DNA of 32,000 nucleotides, from the NCBI GenBank assembly GCA_934500865.1, contig CAKSUD010000006.1, positions 1 to 32,000 on the forward strand. Direction: 5' to 3'. The position numbers and the translations under genes are program-made. The DNA is from an uncultured Clostridia bacterium. Lineage in GTDB: Bacteria > Bacillota > Clostridia > TANB77 > RGIG9151. A model generated the notes under the pieces. The model saw nothing but the letters and a program-made list of their open reading frames with translations. It did not search any database and was not told the DNA's origin. Shown here in pieces: positions 1 to 9,270 of the stretch. Each line of letters begins with the position of its first letter. Within the stretch, counting starts at the first letter, position 1.

Positions 1-102
1 GAAATGGCAAAAATTGTATCGTAAAATTTTATGAATCATTTATAAAAAAGTGCGACACTTATTATTGCAATTTATAAGTGAATAATAATGCAAAGATACA
101 TA

Positions 103-132
103 TTGACAAAATATGCTTTACTTTGGTAGAAT
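103..132 (+). promoter_or_regulatory. Sigma-A type promoter for the valS leader (TTGACA - 18 nt - TAGAAT, with TG at the extended -10 position)
   Basis: ttgaca at 103-108 and tagaat at 127-132, preceded by tg at 124-125. It lies upstream of the T-box leader. Confidence 0.5.
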
Positions 133-139
133 ATCCATA

Positions 140-379
140 TTGATAACAAAGACTTTGAACAAGAGGAGTAAATTGAAATAGGTTAGTAGAAATGAAAAGT
201 CACCGGCTGAAAGCTTTTCTTAACAATATCAATTGAAGGTAGCTTGGGAGTTGCATTTTTGAAAGTTTAGTAGAAAATGACGTGCATACGCGTTAAGTAT
301 TTAAGACAATGAGAAATTATTGTGAATTAAGGTGGTACCACGAGCAGTTCGTCCTTTTACAGGATGGACTGTTTTTTTG
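140..379 (+). promoter_or_regulatory. T-box riboswitch leader (tRNA-Val responsive) controlling valS
   Basis: Conserved T-box sequence aattaaggtggtaccacgag at about 325-344. Stem-I-like elements agaggagta and ccggctgaaag occur upstream. A terminator stem and U-run lie just before valS. The UGGU bulge would pair with an ACCA end (discriminator A). A candidate GUA specifier sits at 239-241 but is not certain. Confidence 0.85.
345..379 (+). terminator. Intrinsic terminator arm of the T-box leader
   Basis: cagttcgtcc (345-354) pairs with ggatggactg (361-370), including G-U pairs, and is followed by t7 (372-378). The 5' arm abuts the T-box sequence, as expected for a terminator/antiterminator switch. 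Confidence 0.8.
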
Positions 380-397
380 TAGAAAGGGGAGTTTTTT

Positions 398-3037
398 ATG
401 GGTAAAGGAACACTTAATGATAAGTACATACCTAAGGATTTTGAAGAAAAACTATATAAAAAATGGGAGGAGAATGGCTACTTTAAGGCTAAAGTAGATA
501 AGAGTAAAGAACCATTTACTATTGTTATGCCACCTCCAAACATAACCGGTAAGTTACACATGGGACACGCATTAGATAACACACTTCAAGATATCTTAAT
601 TAGATTTAAGAGAATGATGGGTTACAATGCTCTTTGGGTCCCTGGAACTGACCATGCTGCTATTGCGACAGAGGCTAAGATTGTTGAGGCTCTTAAAAAA
701 GAGGGAATAAAGAAAGAGGATTTAACAAGAGAGCAATTTTTAGAAAAAGCTTGGGAATGGAAAAAGGAATACGGTGGAACTATTGTAAAACAACTTAGAA
801 AAATCGGATGTTCTTGTGACTGGGACAGAGAAAGATTTACAATGGATGAAGGATTATCTGAGGCTGTTCTAAAAGTATTTGTTGATTTATATAACAAAGG
901 ACTTATTTATAAGGGTAAGAGAATGACTAACTGGTGTCCATGTTGCAAAACTGCTATTTCTGATGCTGAGGTTGAGTTTGAAGAAGAAGCAAGTCATTTA
1001 TGGCACATAAGATATTCTTCTAAGGATGGCAAGTATAGCGTTGTTGTTGCTACAACAAGACCGGAAACTATGCTTGGAGATACTGCTGTTGCAGTTCATC
1101 CTGATGATGAAAGATATAAAGACTTAATAGGTAAAACAGTTGTACTTCCTTTAGTTAATAAAGAGATCCCAATAGTTGCAGATGATTTTGTTGAAAAAGA
1201 ATTTGGAACAGGCGCAGTAAAAATTACTCCTGCTCACGACCCTAACGACTATGCAACAGCATTAAGACATAACTTAGAGATTATTAATGTGTTTGATGAT
1301 GAAGCAAAAATGCTTGATATTGTTCCTAAGTATAAGGGAATGGACACATTAACGGCAAGAGAAGAAATTGTAAAAGACTTAGAAAAAGAGGGAGTTTTAG
1401 TTAAGATAGAAGACTATGCACATAACGTAGGAAAATGTTATAGATGTCATAGTACAATAGAGCCTAAGCCTTCTGAACAATGGTTTGTAAAAATGGAACC
1501 TTTAGCAAAGCCTGCAATAGAGGCTGTTAAAGAAGGAAAGACAAAATTTGTGCCTGAGAGATTTGCTAAGACTTATTACAATTGGATGGAAAACATTCAA
1601 GATTGGTGCATCTCAAGGCAAATTTGGTGGGGACATAGAATACCGGCATACTATTGTAATGAATGTGGAGAAACTATGGTTTTGGCAACTGCACCGGAAA
1701 AGTGCACAAAGTGCGGTAGTACAAATTTACGTCAAGATGAGGACACATTAGATACTTGGTTTAGTTCTGCATTATGGCCGTTTTCTACATTAGGATATCC
1801 AAAGGAAACAGAAGACTTAAAATATTTCTATCCTACAAGTACATTAGTTACAGGATACGATATTATTTTCTTCTGGGTTGCAAGAATGATATTCTCAGCT
1901 ATTGAGCATACCGGAGAAGTTCCGTTTAATACAGTATTTATTCACGGTATTGTAAGGGATAGTCTAGGCAGAAAAATGTCTAAGTCACTTGGAAATGGTA
2001 TTGACCCACTTGAAGTTATTGACCAATACGGAACAGATGCACTAAGATTCTCATTAGTTCTTAATACTTCGCCTGGAAATGATTTGAGATATATGCCTGA
2101 GAAGATTGAGGCTGCTGGAAACTTTGCAAATAAGATATGGAATGCTTCTAAATTCGTTTTAATGAATTTGACTCGTGATGAAGAAATATTTAATTATGAT
2201 ATAAACAAGCTTAAGATTGAAGATAAATGGATTTTAAGCAAGTTAAACAAGACTATTCGTGAAGTTACTGAAAATATTAATAACTACGATTTAGGTGTTG
2301 CACTACAAAAGATTTATGACTTTATTTGGGACGAATTTTGCGATTGGTATATAGAGATGGTAAAACCAAGATTATATGATGCAGAAAATCCAACAAGGCT
2401 TGAGGCAGAGTTTACATTGAACTATGTTTTAACTTGTGCACTTAAATTATTACATCCATTTATGCCGTTTGTTACTGAAGAAATATATACAAAGCTTATT
2501 GGTGCTGAAAAGACAATAATGCTTACAGATTGGCCAAAGGCAGAAGAAAAGTTTGATTTTAATACTGAAGAGGAACAAGTCGAAGTATTAAAGCAAATTA
2601 TTACAAGCATTAGAAATGCTCGTGCAAATATGAACATCCATCCTGCAAAGAAATCTCAAATTATATTTGTTACTGAGACTTTTGATAATGCTATAAAAGA
2701 TGGAGATGCTTTTATAAAGAAACTTGGATTTGGAGAAGAGATTATTGTAACTAAAGTTAAGGAGAATATCCCTGAAAATGCATTGTCTGTTACTGCTCCT
2801 GGAGTAGAGGCATATATTCCTTTAGCTGAGCTAATAGATAAAGAAGCAGAACTTGCGAGACTTAATAAAGAGAAAGAAAAGGCAACTGCTGAATTTGATA
2901 AATTAAGCACAATGCTAAATAATCAAGGATTTGTTACAAAAGCACCTGAAGCTAAGGTTAACGAGATTAGAAACAGATGTGAAGAGCTAAAAGCTATTTT
3001 AGGCAACATTGAAAAGAGTATGGAAGATCTAAAGTAA
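398..3037 (+). CDS. valS: Valine--tRNA ligase (class I aaRS)
   Basis: 879 aa. It has the HIGH-type motif (PNITGKLHMGHAL), KMSKS, the CP1 editing region and a C-terminal coiled coil. RBS aggggag lies 7-8 nt upstream. Confidence 0.97.
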   Translation: MGKGTLNDKYIPKDFEEKLYKKWEENGYFKAKVDKSKEPFTIVMPPPNITGKLHMGHALDNTLQDILIRFKRMMGYNALWVPGTDHAAIATEAKIVEALKKEGIKKEDLTREQFLEKAWEWKKEYGGTIVKQLRKIGCSCDWDRERFTMDEGLSEAVLKVFVDLYNKGLIYKGKRMTNWCPCCKTAISDAEVEFEEEASHLWHIRYSSKDGKYSVVVATTRPETMLGDTAVAVHPDDERYKDLIGKTVVLPLVNKEIPIVADDFVEKEFGTGAVKITPAHDPNDYATALRHNLEIINVFDDEAKMLDIVPKYKGMDTLTAREEIVKDLEKEGVLVKIEDYAHNVGKCYRCHSTIEPKPSEQWFVKMEPLAKPAIEAVKEGKTKFVPERFAKTYYNWMENIQDWCISRQIWWGHRIPAYYCNECGETMVLATAPEKCTKCGSTNLRQDEDTLDTWFSSALWPFSTLGYPKETEDLKYFYPTSTLVTGYDIIFFWVARMIFSAIEHTGEVPFNTVFIHGIVRDSLGRKMSKSLGNGIDPLEVIDQYGTDALRFSLVLNTSPGNDLRYMPEKIEAAGNFANKIWNASKFVLMNLTRDEEIFNYDINKLKIEDKWILSKLNKTIREVTENINNYDLGVALQKIYDFIWDEFCDWYIEMVKPRLYDAENPTRLEAEFTLNYVLTCALKLLHPFMPFVTEEIYTKLIGAEKTIMLTDWPKAEEKFDFNTEEEQVEVLKQIITSIRNARANMNIHPAKKSQIIFVTETFDNAIKDGDAFIKKLGFGEEIIVTKVKENIPENALSVTAPGVEAYIPLAELIDKEAELARLNKEKEKATAEFDKLSTMLNNQGFVTKAPEAKVNEIRNRCEELKAILGNIEKSMEDLK

Positions 3038-3050
3038 AGGAGATTACTTA

Positions 3051-4463
3051 ATGGATAAAATCACACTTTTGTGTTTGTCGCAGTTTATAGAAAAGTTTAA
3101 CACAAATGAGTCGGTGACACTGTTTGATACTGTTCAAGAAGTATCCGGTTGGCTTGCCGGGAGTGTAAAAATTATAGGCGAGCTTAATAGTTTTAATGGT
3201 GTGGAACGTGAACTGATAAGTGTTGCTGAGGCAATAGTCCAAGGGAAAAGTGTTACGGGCCGTTTGTGTTATAACTTAAAACAGGCATTGATTAATATGC
3301 AAGATGAAATGGTAAATAAATTTGATGTGGCTATCTTTGTTACTGATAAGGTTAAATTAAAGTTTAATAAAGATGTAAAGGTTATTGCTATTCAAAATGA
3401 GTATGATTGTATTGATACTGCTTATGGAATGAAGAATGAGCTTAAGTATTTAATTTATAAAAAGGGCGAAGCGGTAAGTGAAGAGCTAATGAATGCAGTG
3501 GATATTGTGTTGGATTTGGAGGAGCTTATTGGAGCGGTAAGTGAATGTTATCCTATAGATATTTTTACATATGACAGATTATACTTAAATGCAAAGCTAA
3601 ACCGAATAAAGGAACAACAAAGTGAGATTTTAATTACCGGGTCTAGTTATGCTATGGTAGGCTTACTAGAAGATGAAATGCCAAAATCAGCATCTAATGT
3701 TGCTGTAAATGCTCAAGATTTATACTATTCATTACTTTCTGTTAAGGAGGCAATTAAACGCTCATCTAAGTTGGAAACAATAGTTATGCCGATTTCGTAT
3801 TACTTCTTTTTCACGAATATGGCGAATAAGCCGTCTGATTATATGCAGAATGTTTTAAGCAAGGTTAATTATCCTGTGTACAACAATTTACATGGATATA
3901 CTGGAAAATTATTGCCACTTTATAATAAGGTGATGAAGTCTCCTCTATATGAAAGATTAGTAAATTTTGAAGAAGTAAGAGATATGTATTATGGGGCCGT
4001 AAAAAGAGATTTAGAGAATTTACCGTATTATAATCCTATTAATGTGCGACCTACCGGTGGCTTACTTAGCTATGATTTTAAGGAAAAAAGCGATGAACAG
4101 AATTTTGCAAGTGCGAAGGTACGTGCTAATGCACACAACTCTATATTTGATGTTGATAAAGGAGTGGCGAACCAAAAGCTGTTAGACAGATTTTTGGATA
4201 ATATGGAGGAGCTAGGGAAAAGAGTTATATTTTTTATTCCGCCTACTACTAAGTTTTATAAGAAATGGGTTTTACCCGAAATGGTGCAGGTATATAATAA
4301 GCTGGTAATGGACACGGTAAATAATCATAAGTGTTGCACGCTTATTGATTTATTCAACTCCGAGTATTTTTCAGAGGCTGATTTTCAAGATTATGACCAT
4401 TTAAACTCAAATGGTGCTAAGAAGTTATCTAAGATAATTGCTGAAGCTATAGGAGGGGAATAG
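3051..4463 (+). CDS. Cytoplasmic DltD/SGNH-like acyl(amino-acyl)transferase or esterase with an unknown N-terminal domain of about 190 aa
   Basis: 470 aa, RBS aaggag, start 13 nt after the valS stop. The C-terminal half carries ITGSS (G197-S198-S199, nt 3639-3647) and DYDHLNSNG (D447..H450, nt 4389-4400), resembling SGNH/DltD block I and block V. I see no N-terminal signal peptide or TM segment. Confidence 0.5.
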   Translation: MDKITLLCLSQFIEKFNTNESVTLFDTVQEVSGWLAGSVKIIGELNSFNGVERELISVAEAIVQGKSVTGRLCYNLKQALINMQDEMVNKFDVAIFVTDKVKLKFNKDVKVIAIQNEYDCIDTAYGMKNELKYLIYKKGEAVSEELMNAVDIVLDLEELIGAVSECYPIDIFTYDRLYLNAKLNRIKEQQSEILITGSSYAMVGLLEDEMPKSASNVAVNAQDLYYSLLSVKEAIKRSSKLETIVMPISYYFFFTNMANKPSDYMQNVLSKVNYPVYNNLHGYTGKLLPLYNKVMKSPLYERLVNFEEVRDMYYGAVKRDLENLPYYNPINVRPTGGLLSYDFKEKSDEQNFASAKVRANAHNSIFDVDKGVANQKLLDRFLDNMEELGKRVIFFIPPTTKFYKKWVLPEMVQVYNKLVMDTVNNHKCCTLIDLFNSEYFSEADFQDYDHLNSNGAKKLSKIIAEAIGGE

Positions 4464-4465
4464 AG

Positions 4466-4678
4466 ATGTCAATGGACGAAAAACTTGAATTTATAGAAAA
4501 AATTTTACATGAGCCAAAATTTTCTCTACAAGAAGCAACTGAGTTAAATTCGCTTAATGGTTGGGAATCGCTTAATATAGTAAATCTTGAGATGGAGCTA
4601 ATAGCTAAAGGTGTGAGCATAGATGAGGCTCAACTTAAGAGTTGTAAAACTGTAGGGGAAATTTGCAGATTGTTTTAA
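4466..4678 (+). CDS. Small acyl/peptidyl carrier protein (phosphopantetheine-attachment type)
   Basis: 70 aa and acidic. The GWESLNIVNLEMEL motif places Ser35 (tcg 4568-4570) at the canonical ACP/DltC attachment position. It starts 2 nt after the upstream stop, with RBS ggagggg. Confidence 0.6.
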   Translation: MSMDEKLEFIEKILHEPKFSLQEATELNSLNGWESLNIVNLEMELIAKGVSIDEAQLKSCKTVGEICRLF

Positions 4679-4725
4679 TTTCGCCAGTAAAAGCTATAGC
4701 ACATAAGTTTATATACACATTAAGA

Positions 4726-4766
4726 AGAGACTGTTAAATTAATCATTAACAGTTTCTTTTGTATTT
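4726..4766 (+). terminator. Intrinsic terminator ending the valS operon
   Basis: agagactgttaa (4726-4737) pairs with ttaacagtttct (4746-4757), with an 8-nt loop and then a T-rich tail. Confidence 0.75.
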
Positions 4767-4838
4767 TAAAGTCATATTTATTGTCGAAATATGTTACTTT
4801 TTGTAAACTTTTAGATTTAAATACTTTATCAAATGGTG

Positions 4839-4867
4839 TTGACTAATGACGAATTATGAATTAAAAT
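4839..4867 (+). promoter_or_regulatory. Candidate promoter of the Rpn-family gene (TTGACT - 17 - TAAAAT)
   Basis: ttgact at 4839-4844 and taaaat at 4862-4867, with 17-nt spacing. Confidence 0.45.
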
Positions 4868-4902
4868 GAAATAAAGATGGGACCGGAGAAAGAAGAAAAA
4901 AT

Positions 4903-5934
4903 ATGGATAAAAATATATGGGAGAGATTTGTAAAGGAAATTAAACTATGTGAGGAAGGAACTGAATACATAGTTGATAGTGAAGCGACTATACATAATAA
5001 GCATGATAGAGGATATAAATCTTTACTAAGTATAAAGAAAAACTTTATAGATTTTATAAAAACTTTTGTAAAAGACGAAGTGGGAAAAGAAATAGTTGAG
5101 GAAGATGTAACTTTATTAGATAAAGAATTTATAACCTCGAATTTTGGTAAGCGTGAATCTGATTTAATATATGAAATAAAATCAAGCAATAAAAATATCT
5201 ATTTTATACTTATTGAATTACAAAGAAAAGTAGATATGACTATGAGTTATAGAATTTTAAATTATATGGTTGAGATATGGAGGAAATGGGAATTAAGTAG
5301 GGATAAAAATGAGAAGTTTGTATTGCCTAAAATAATACCATGTGTATTATATAACGGAAAAAGCAAATGGAATGCGCCTTTGGAATTAAAGTATTTATAT
5401 GATGACACAAAAGGCGAGTATTTACTAAATTATAAATATATACTTATTGATGTTTATCGATACACAGAAGAAGAGTTACTTAGTTTTGGAAATATAATAA
5501 GTTCTGCATTCTATTTGGATACGGCAAGTAAAGCCAATATGGAATATAGGTTAAATAAATTGGGGGAGAGACTAAAAAAATCTAGAGATAGTGAAATTGA
5601 GCAATTTGTAAATTGGGCTGTAAATATACTGGTGCTAGATGAAAATAAACAAAAAATCATACGAGAAAAAATTATAAAGGAGGACGATGAAATGGGAAAC
5701 TTAGCTCGAATAGGAAGAGAAATTTTTAATGATGGATTATGCCAAGGCCGAAAAGAGAGCAAAATATCTTTAATTCAAAAGGTCTTGGCTAAAAAATTAA
5801 ATTCTTTTCCATCACAACAAATTTTACTAAAATTAAATATGGCATCTATTGAAGAATTGGAGAAAATAGTGGATAAGATATTTGAAATAGAATCGTGGAG
5901 TGAAGTTGAAAGTATATTGGAGTCAAATGTATAA
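4903..5934 (+). CDS. Rpn/YhgA-like recombination-promoting nuclease (PD-(D/E)XK, putative transposase family)
   Basis: 343 aa. HDRGYKSLLS, ESDLIYEIK, IYFILIELQRKVD, MSYRILNYM and IIPCVLYNGKSKWN match the conserved layout of the YhgA/Rpn (TIGR01784-type) family. It has its own promoter and terminator. Confidence 0.75.
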   Translation: MDKNIWERFVKEIKLCEEGTEYIVDSEATIHNKHDRGYKSLLSIKKNFIDFIKTFVKDEVGKEIVEEDVTLLDKEFITSNFGKRESDLIYEIKSSNKNIYFILIELQRKVDMTMSYRILNYMVEIWRKWELSRDKNEKFVLPKIIPCVLYNGKSKWNAPLELKYLYDDTKGEYLLNYKYILIDVYRYTEEELLSFGNIISSAFYLDTASKANMEYRLNKLGERLKKSRDSEIEQFVNWAVNILVLDENKQKIIREKIIKEDDEMGNLARIGREIFNDGLCQGRKESKISLIQKVLAKKLNSFPSQQILLKLNMASIEELEKIVDKIFEIESWSEVESILESNV

Positions 5935-5945
5935 AGATAATATAG

Positions 5946-5980
5946 AAAAGAGTCATAGAAAATATGGCTCTTTTGTCATT
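5946..5980 (+). terminator. Intrinsic terminator after the Rpn-family gene
   Basis: aaaagagtcata (5946-5957) pairs with tatggctctttt (5963-5974), with a 5-nt loop and a T-tail. Confidence 0.7.
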
Positions 5981-6030
5981 TTAAAGTCACATTGTTTCTA
6001 TATAATTCAAAGCATAAAGGAGGAAGAAGT

Positions 6031-6708
6031 ATGGAAATTCTAAGAGTTGAAAATCTATGTAAGACATATGGAAAAGGGGAAAATACAGTAAAGGCAGTAG
6101 ATAACGTATCTTTTTCAGTAGAAAAGGGTGAGTTTGTTGCGATAATAGGTGCGAGCGGTAGTGGTAAATCTACATTGCTTCATTTACTTGGCGGAGTAGA
6201 TAGACCAACTTCGGGAAAAGTTTTTATTGACGGGAAAGATATTTATTCGTTAAATGACGATAACCTAGCTATTTTTAGAAGACGTCAAATAGGACTTATT
6301 TATCAATTTTATAACTTAATACCTATTTTGAATGTAGTAGAAAACATCACATTGCCTTGTGAACTAGATGGTGAAAAGGCTGATGAAAAACACTTGGCTG
6401 AGTTGCTTAAAACATTAGGACTTGAAAATAGGAGATTACATTTACCAAACGAATTATCCGGTGGTCAACAGCAAAGAGTTTCTATTGGCCGTGCTATGAT
6501 AAATAATCCTGCAATAATGCTTGCAGATGAGCCAACGGGAAATCTAGATTCAAAATCAAGTGAGGAAATTATTTCATTATTAAAACTTTCAAATAAGAAG
6601 TTTAACCAGACTCTTATTGTTATTACACATGACTTAGACATAGCTAAACAGGCAGATAGAGTGATTACAATTGAAGACGGTAAAATTTTAAGAGATGAAA
6701 GGAACTAA
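6031..6708 (+). CDS. ABC transporter ATP-binding protein (MacB/FtsE/BceA-like)
   Basis: Walker A GASGSGKST, signature LSGGQQQRV, Walker B IMLADEPT, H-loop ITHD. I chose the ATG at 6031 (MEILRVENL) behind RBS aaaggagg rather than the longer ORF start at 5992. Confidence 0.92.
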   Translation: MEILRVENLCKTYGKGENTVKAVDNVSFSVEKGEFVAIIGASGSGKSTLLHLLGGVDRPTSGKVFIDGKDIYSLNDDNLAIFRRRQIGLIYQFYNLIPILNVVENITLPCELDGEKADEKHLAELLKTLGLENRRLHLPNELSGGQQQRVSIGRAMINNPAIMLADEPTGNLDSKSSEEIISLLKLSNKKFNQTLIVITHDLDIAKQADRVITIEDGKILRDERN

Positions 6709-6713
6709 GTAAG

Positions 6714-9218
6714 ATGAATATATTGAAAAAATTTACTATAAGGAATTTAAGGCTAAATAGAAAAAGGACAATAGTTACAATAATTGGTATAATGTTGTCT
6801 ACTTCTCTTATTTGTGGTGTTATGAGTCTTGTATCCAGTTTCCAGCAAACTCTTATCAATGAGGTGAAGGAAAGTGTTGGAACATACCATACAAGGTTCT
6901 TTGATGTGCCTAGTGATGAGCTTAAATACATAGAGGATAATGTTAAGGTAGAGTCATATTTTTTAACTCATAGAATAGGTTTTGCTAAATTAGAAGGTTC
7001 TAAGAATAAGTATAAACCGTATTTGTGTGTAGATGAATATGATGAAAATGCTTTATTAAATAATGCTGTTATATTGACTGAGGGAAGATTGCCTAAAAAC
7101 TCTAGTGAACTTGTGATTTCTGAACACATTAAGGATAATGCAAGGGTTAGGTTTAATATTGGTGATAAAATAACGTTAAACGTTGGAGAGCGTGTGACTG
7201 GCGATGGATATAAGGCTAGTAGAACACAGAATTATAATCCGGAAGACCCAGAAAGCATAGAAAATGCAATTCAAAAAACTTATACAGTAGTCGGAATAAT
7301 GGAAAGACCGGATTATTCTATTGAAGGTTACTCATTCCCAGGATATACCGTTATAACATACATGGATAAAGTGGGGGATAATGCAGATATATCCGTAATG
7401 TATAAGAATCCTAGAGAGTATAAAGAAAATAATAAAGCTTTAAATTTAGATGGAAAATATGAACAATTTGTAAATGCTGAGTTACTTAGATTTCAAGGTG
7501 TACTAAGTAATGGTGCTATGCGTACTGTTGTTGGAATTGCTTCAATTGTTATGTTCATAATAGTTGTTAGTAGCGTATTTGTAATAAGAAACAGTTTCAG
7601 TATTTCTGTTGCTGAGAAAAATAGACAATATGGTATGCTTTCTAGCATAGGTGCAACCAAAAAACAAATTAAACGAAGTGTAGTTTTTGAAGGAATTGTT
7701 ATTGGGCTAATTGCTGTGCCACTAGGAATAATTTGTGGAGTGGTAGCAATAATCATTCTTCTTCAAATTGTGAATTACTTACTCGCCGATAACTTAGGAA
7801 GGTTCCATTTTGTATATAATTTACCAGTTGTACCTATGTTAATCGCAGTCGCGATTTCATTCTTAACGATATATTTGTCATGCTTAATTCCGGCAAGAAG
7901 GGCTTCAAAGATTTCTCCTATTGAAGCTATAAGGGGAAATAATGATGTAAAAATAAAGGCAAAGAAACTAAAAGTACCTGGCTATATAAGCAAAATATTT
8001 GGTATTGGAGGAGTAATAGCTAGTAAGAATTTAAAGAGAAATAAACGTAAATATAGAACTACGGTTGTTTCAATAGTTATAAGCATAGTTATATTTATAT
8101 CATTGTTCTCGTTTATATATTATGGAGATACAATCTCAAATGTATATTATACTGAAATGAAGTACAATACGGCTATATTCTTAAATAATGTTAATTATGC
8201 TCAAAGTAATAACTCACTAGATAAAGTTATTAAATTGGCGAATACAGATGATATGTCATATTTCTATTCTGATGAAGCTAAAATGGATCAAAAGTATTAT
8301 AGTGAATATGGAAACAAAAGGCTTGAAAATGATTATGTTGAACCGTACATTACAGTTTTTGCATTTAATAATGAATATTTCAAGAAATTCTTAAAGGAGA
8401 TTGGTGTTTCGGAGAATGACTATAAGTCCGGCATTATTTTGGTGGATGATTTTATAGAAGAGGACGAAAGTGGAAAGAAAACATTTTATAACATTTATGA
8501 TATAAAATCAGGGGATATAATAGATTTGGAAATTCCAGGGAAAACAGGAAACCAAGTAAAAGTGCTTAAGAAAACGGATAAAAGACCTATGGGATTGGAA
8601 AAATCATATTCCGAAACAGGAATGATTTTTGTATCTATGGATTTTATTGATAATATTAATGAATATTCAGATTTAAGGATGTATGTAAATTCTAATAATC
8701 CAACATATCTAGAAAATTCATTGAATGATCTTATAGAGAATGATGACACATACATGGATATGACGGTTATTAACTATGAAAAGTGGGCCGAAAATGAAAA
8801 CAGAATGGTATTAGTTATTTCTATTTTCTTATATGGATTTATTACTGTTATTACATTAATCGGAGTTACTAATATATTTAATACAATTACAACAAATATG
8901 ATTTTAAGAAGTAAAGAATTTGCAATGTTAAAATCGGTTGGAATGACTACTAATGAGTTTAATAAGATGATTAGACTTGAAAATATAATGTATGGAGTAA
9001 AATCGCTTTTGATAGGTATACCAATAGGAATACTTGGTTCATATCTCATATATTCCTCTTATGCAAGTAGTATTGATGCAGGATATGTTTTACCACTTAA
9101 GGCTATATTAATTTGTATTGTATTTGTATTTATAATTGTTGGAATAACTATGAAATATTCACTCAATAAAATAAATAATCAAAACATTATAGACACAATA
9201 AGAAATGACAATATCTAG
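6714..9218 (+). CDS. ABC transporter permease with two FtsX-type domains (Bce/MacB-like, unusually large)
   Basis: 834 aa. An N-terminal TM is followed by a soluble domain of about 230 aa. A TM cluster follows (SFSISVAEKNRQYGMLSSIGATKKQI), then a second large soluble domain and a second FtsX-like TM cluster (EFAMLKSVGMTTNEF). It starts 5 nt after the ATPase gene. Confidence 0.85.
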   Translation: MNILKKFTIRNLRLNRKRTIVTIIGIMLSTSLICGVMSLVSSFQQTLINEVKESVGTYHTRFFDVPSDELKYIEDNVKVESYFLTHRIGFAKLEGSKNKYKPYLCVDEYDENALLNNAVILTEGRLPKNSSELVISEHIKDNARVRFNIGDKITLNVGERVTGDGYKASRTQNYNPEDPESIENAIQKTYTVVGIMERPDYSIEGYSFPGYTVITYMDKVGDNADISVMYKNPREYKENNKALNLDGKYEQFVNAELLRFQGVLSNGAMRTVVGIASIVMFIIVVSSVFVIRNSFSISVAEKNRQYGMLSSIGATKKQIKRSVVFEGIVIGLIAVPLGIICGVVAIIILLQIVNYLLADNLGRFHFVYNLPVVPMLIAVAISFLTIYLSCLIPARRASKISPIEAIRGNNDVKIKAKKLKVPGYISKIFGIGGVIASKNLKRNKRKYRTTVVSIVISIVIFISLFSFIYYGDTISNVYYTEMKYNTAIFLNNVNYAQSNNSLDKVIKLANTDDMSYFYSDEAKMDQKYYSEYGNKRLENDYVEPYITVFAFNNEYFKKFLKEIGVSENDYKSGIILVDDFIEEDESGKKTFYNIYDIKSGDIIDLEIPGKTGNQVKVLKKTDKRPMGLEKSYSETGMIFVSMDFIDNINEYSDLRMYVNSNNPTYLENSLNDLIENDDTYMDMTVINYEKWAENENRMVLVISIFLYGFITVITLIGVTNIFNTITTNMILRSKEFAMLKSVGMTTNEFNKMIRLENIMYGVKSLLIGIPIGILGSYLIYSSYASSIDAGYVLPLKAILICIVFVFIIVGITMKYSLNKINNQNIIDTIRNDNI

Positions 9219-9270
9219 AAATATTGACAAGTAGATATAGTAAGCTTAGTATATTATCATAAGTGATGCG

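Noticed and set aside
1-24. Possible 3' end of an upstream gene (…EMAKIVS stop at 22-24)
   Set aside because: Only seven codons are visible, which is not enough to support a call.
309-497. 62-aa plus-strand ORF spanning the valS leader and start
   Set aside because: It overlaps the T-box element and terminator and runs out of frame into valS. It has no RBS, so it is an artefact of the leader sequence.
622-2910. Minus-strand ORFs antisense to valS (622-897, 2422-2637, 2656-2910), and similar antisense ORFs inside most other large genes in the track
   Set aside because: They are low-complexity Ser/Ile/Phe/Leu-rich translations typical of shadow frames in AT-rich coding DNA. They lack RBSs and are fully embedded in confidently identified genes.
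5992-6030. Longer N-terminal extensions offered by the ORF track (ABC ATPase from 5992, rplA from 15494, rplJ from 16360, rplL from 16978, HD protein from 21360, first cassette gene from 26736, GC-rich gene from 18230)
   Set aside because: In each case an internal ATG or TTG lies at proper distance from a strong Shine-Dalgarno sequence and yields the conserved N-terminus. The extensions overlap promoters, terminators or leader structures.
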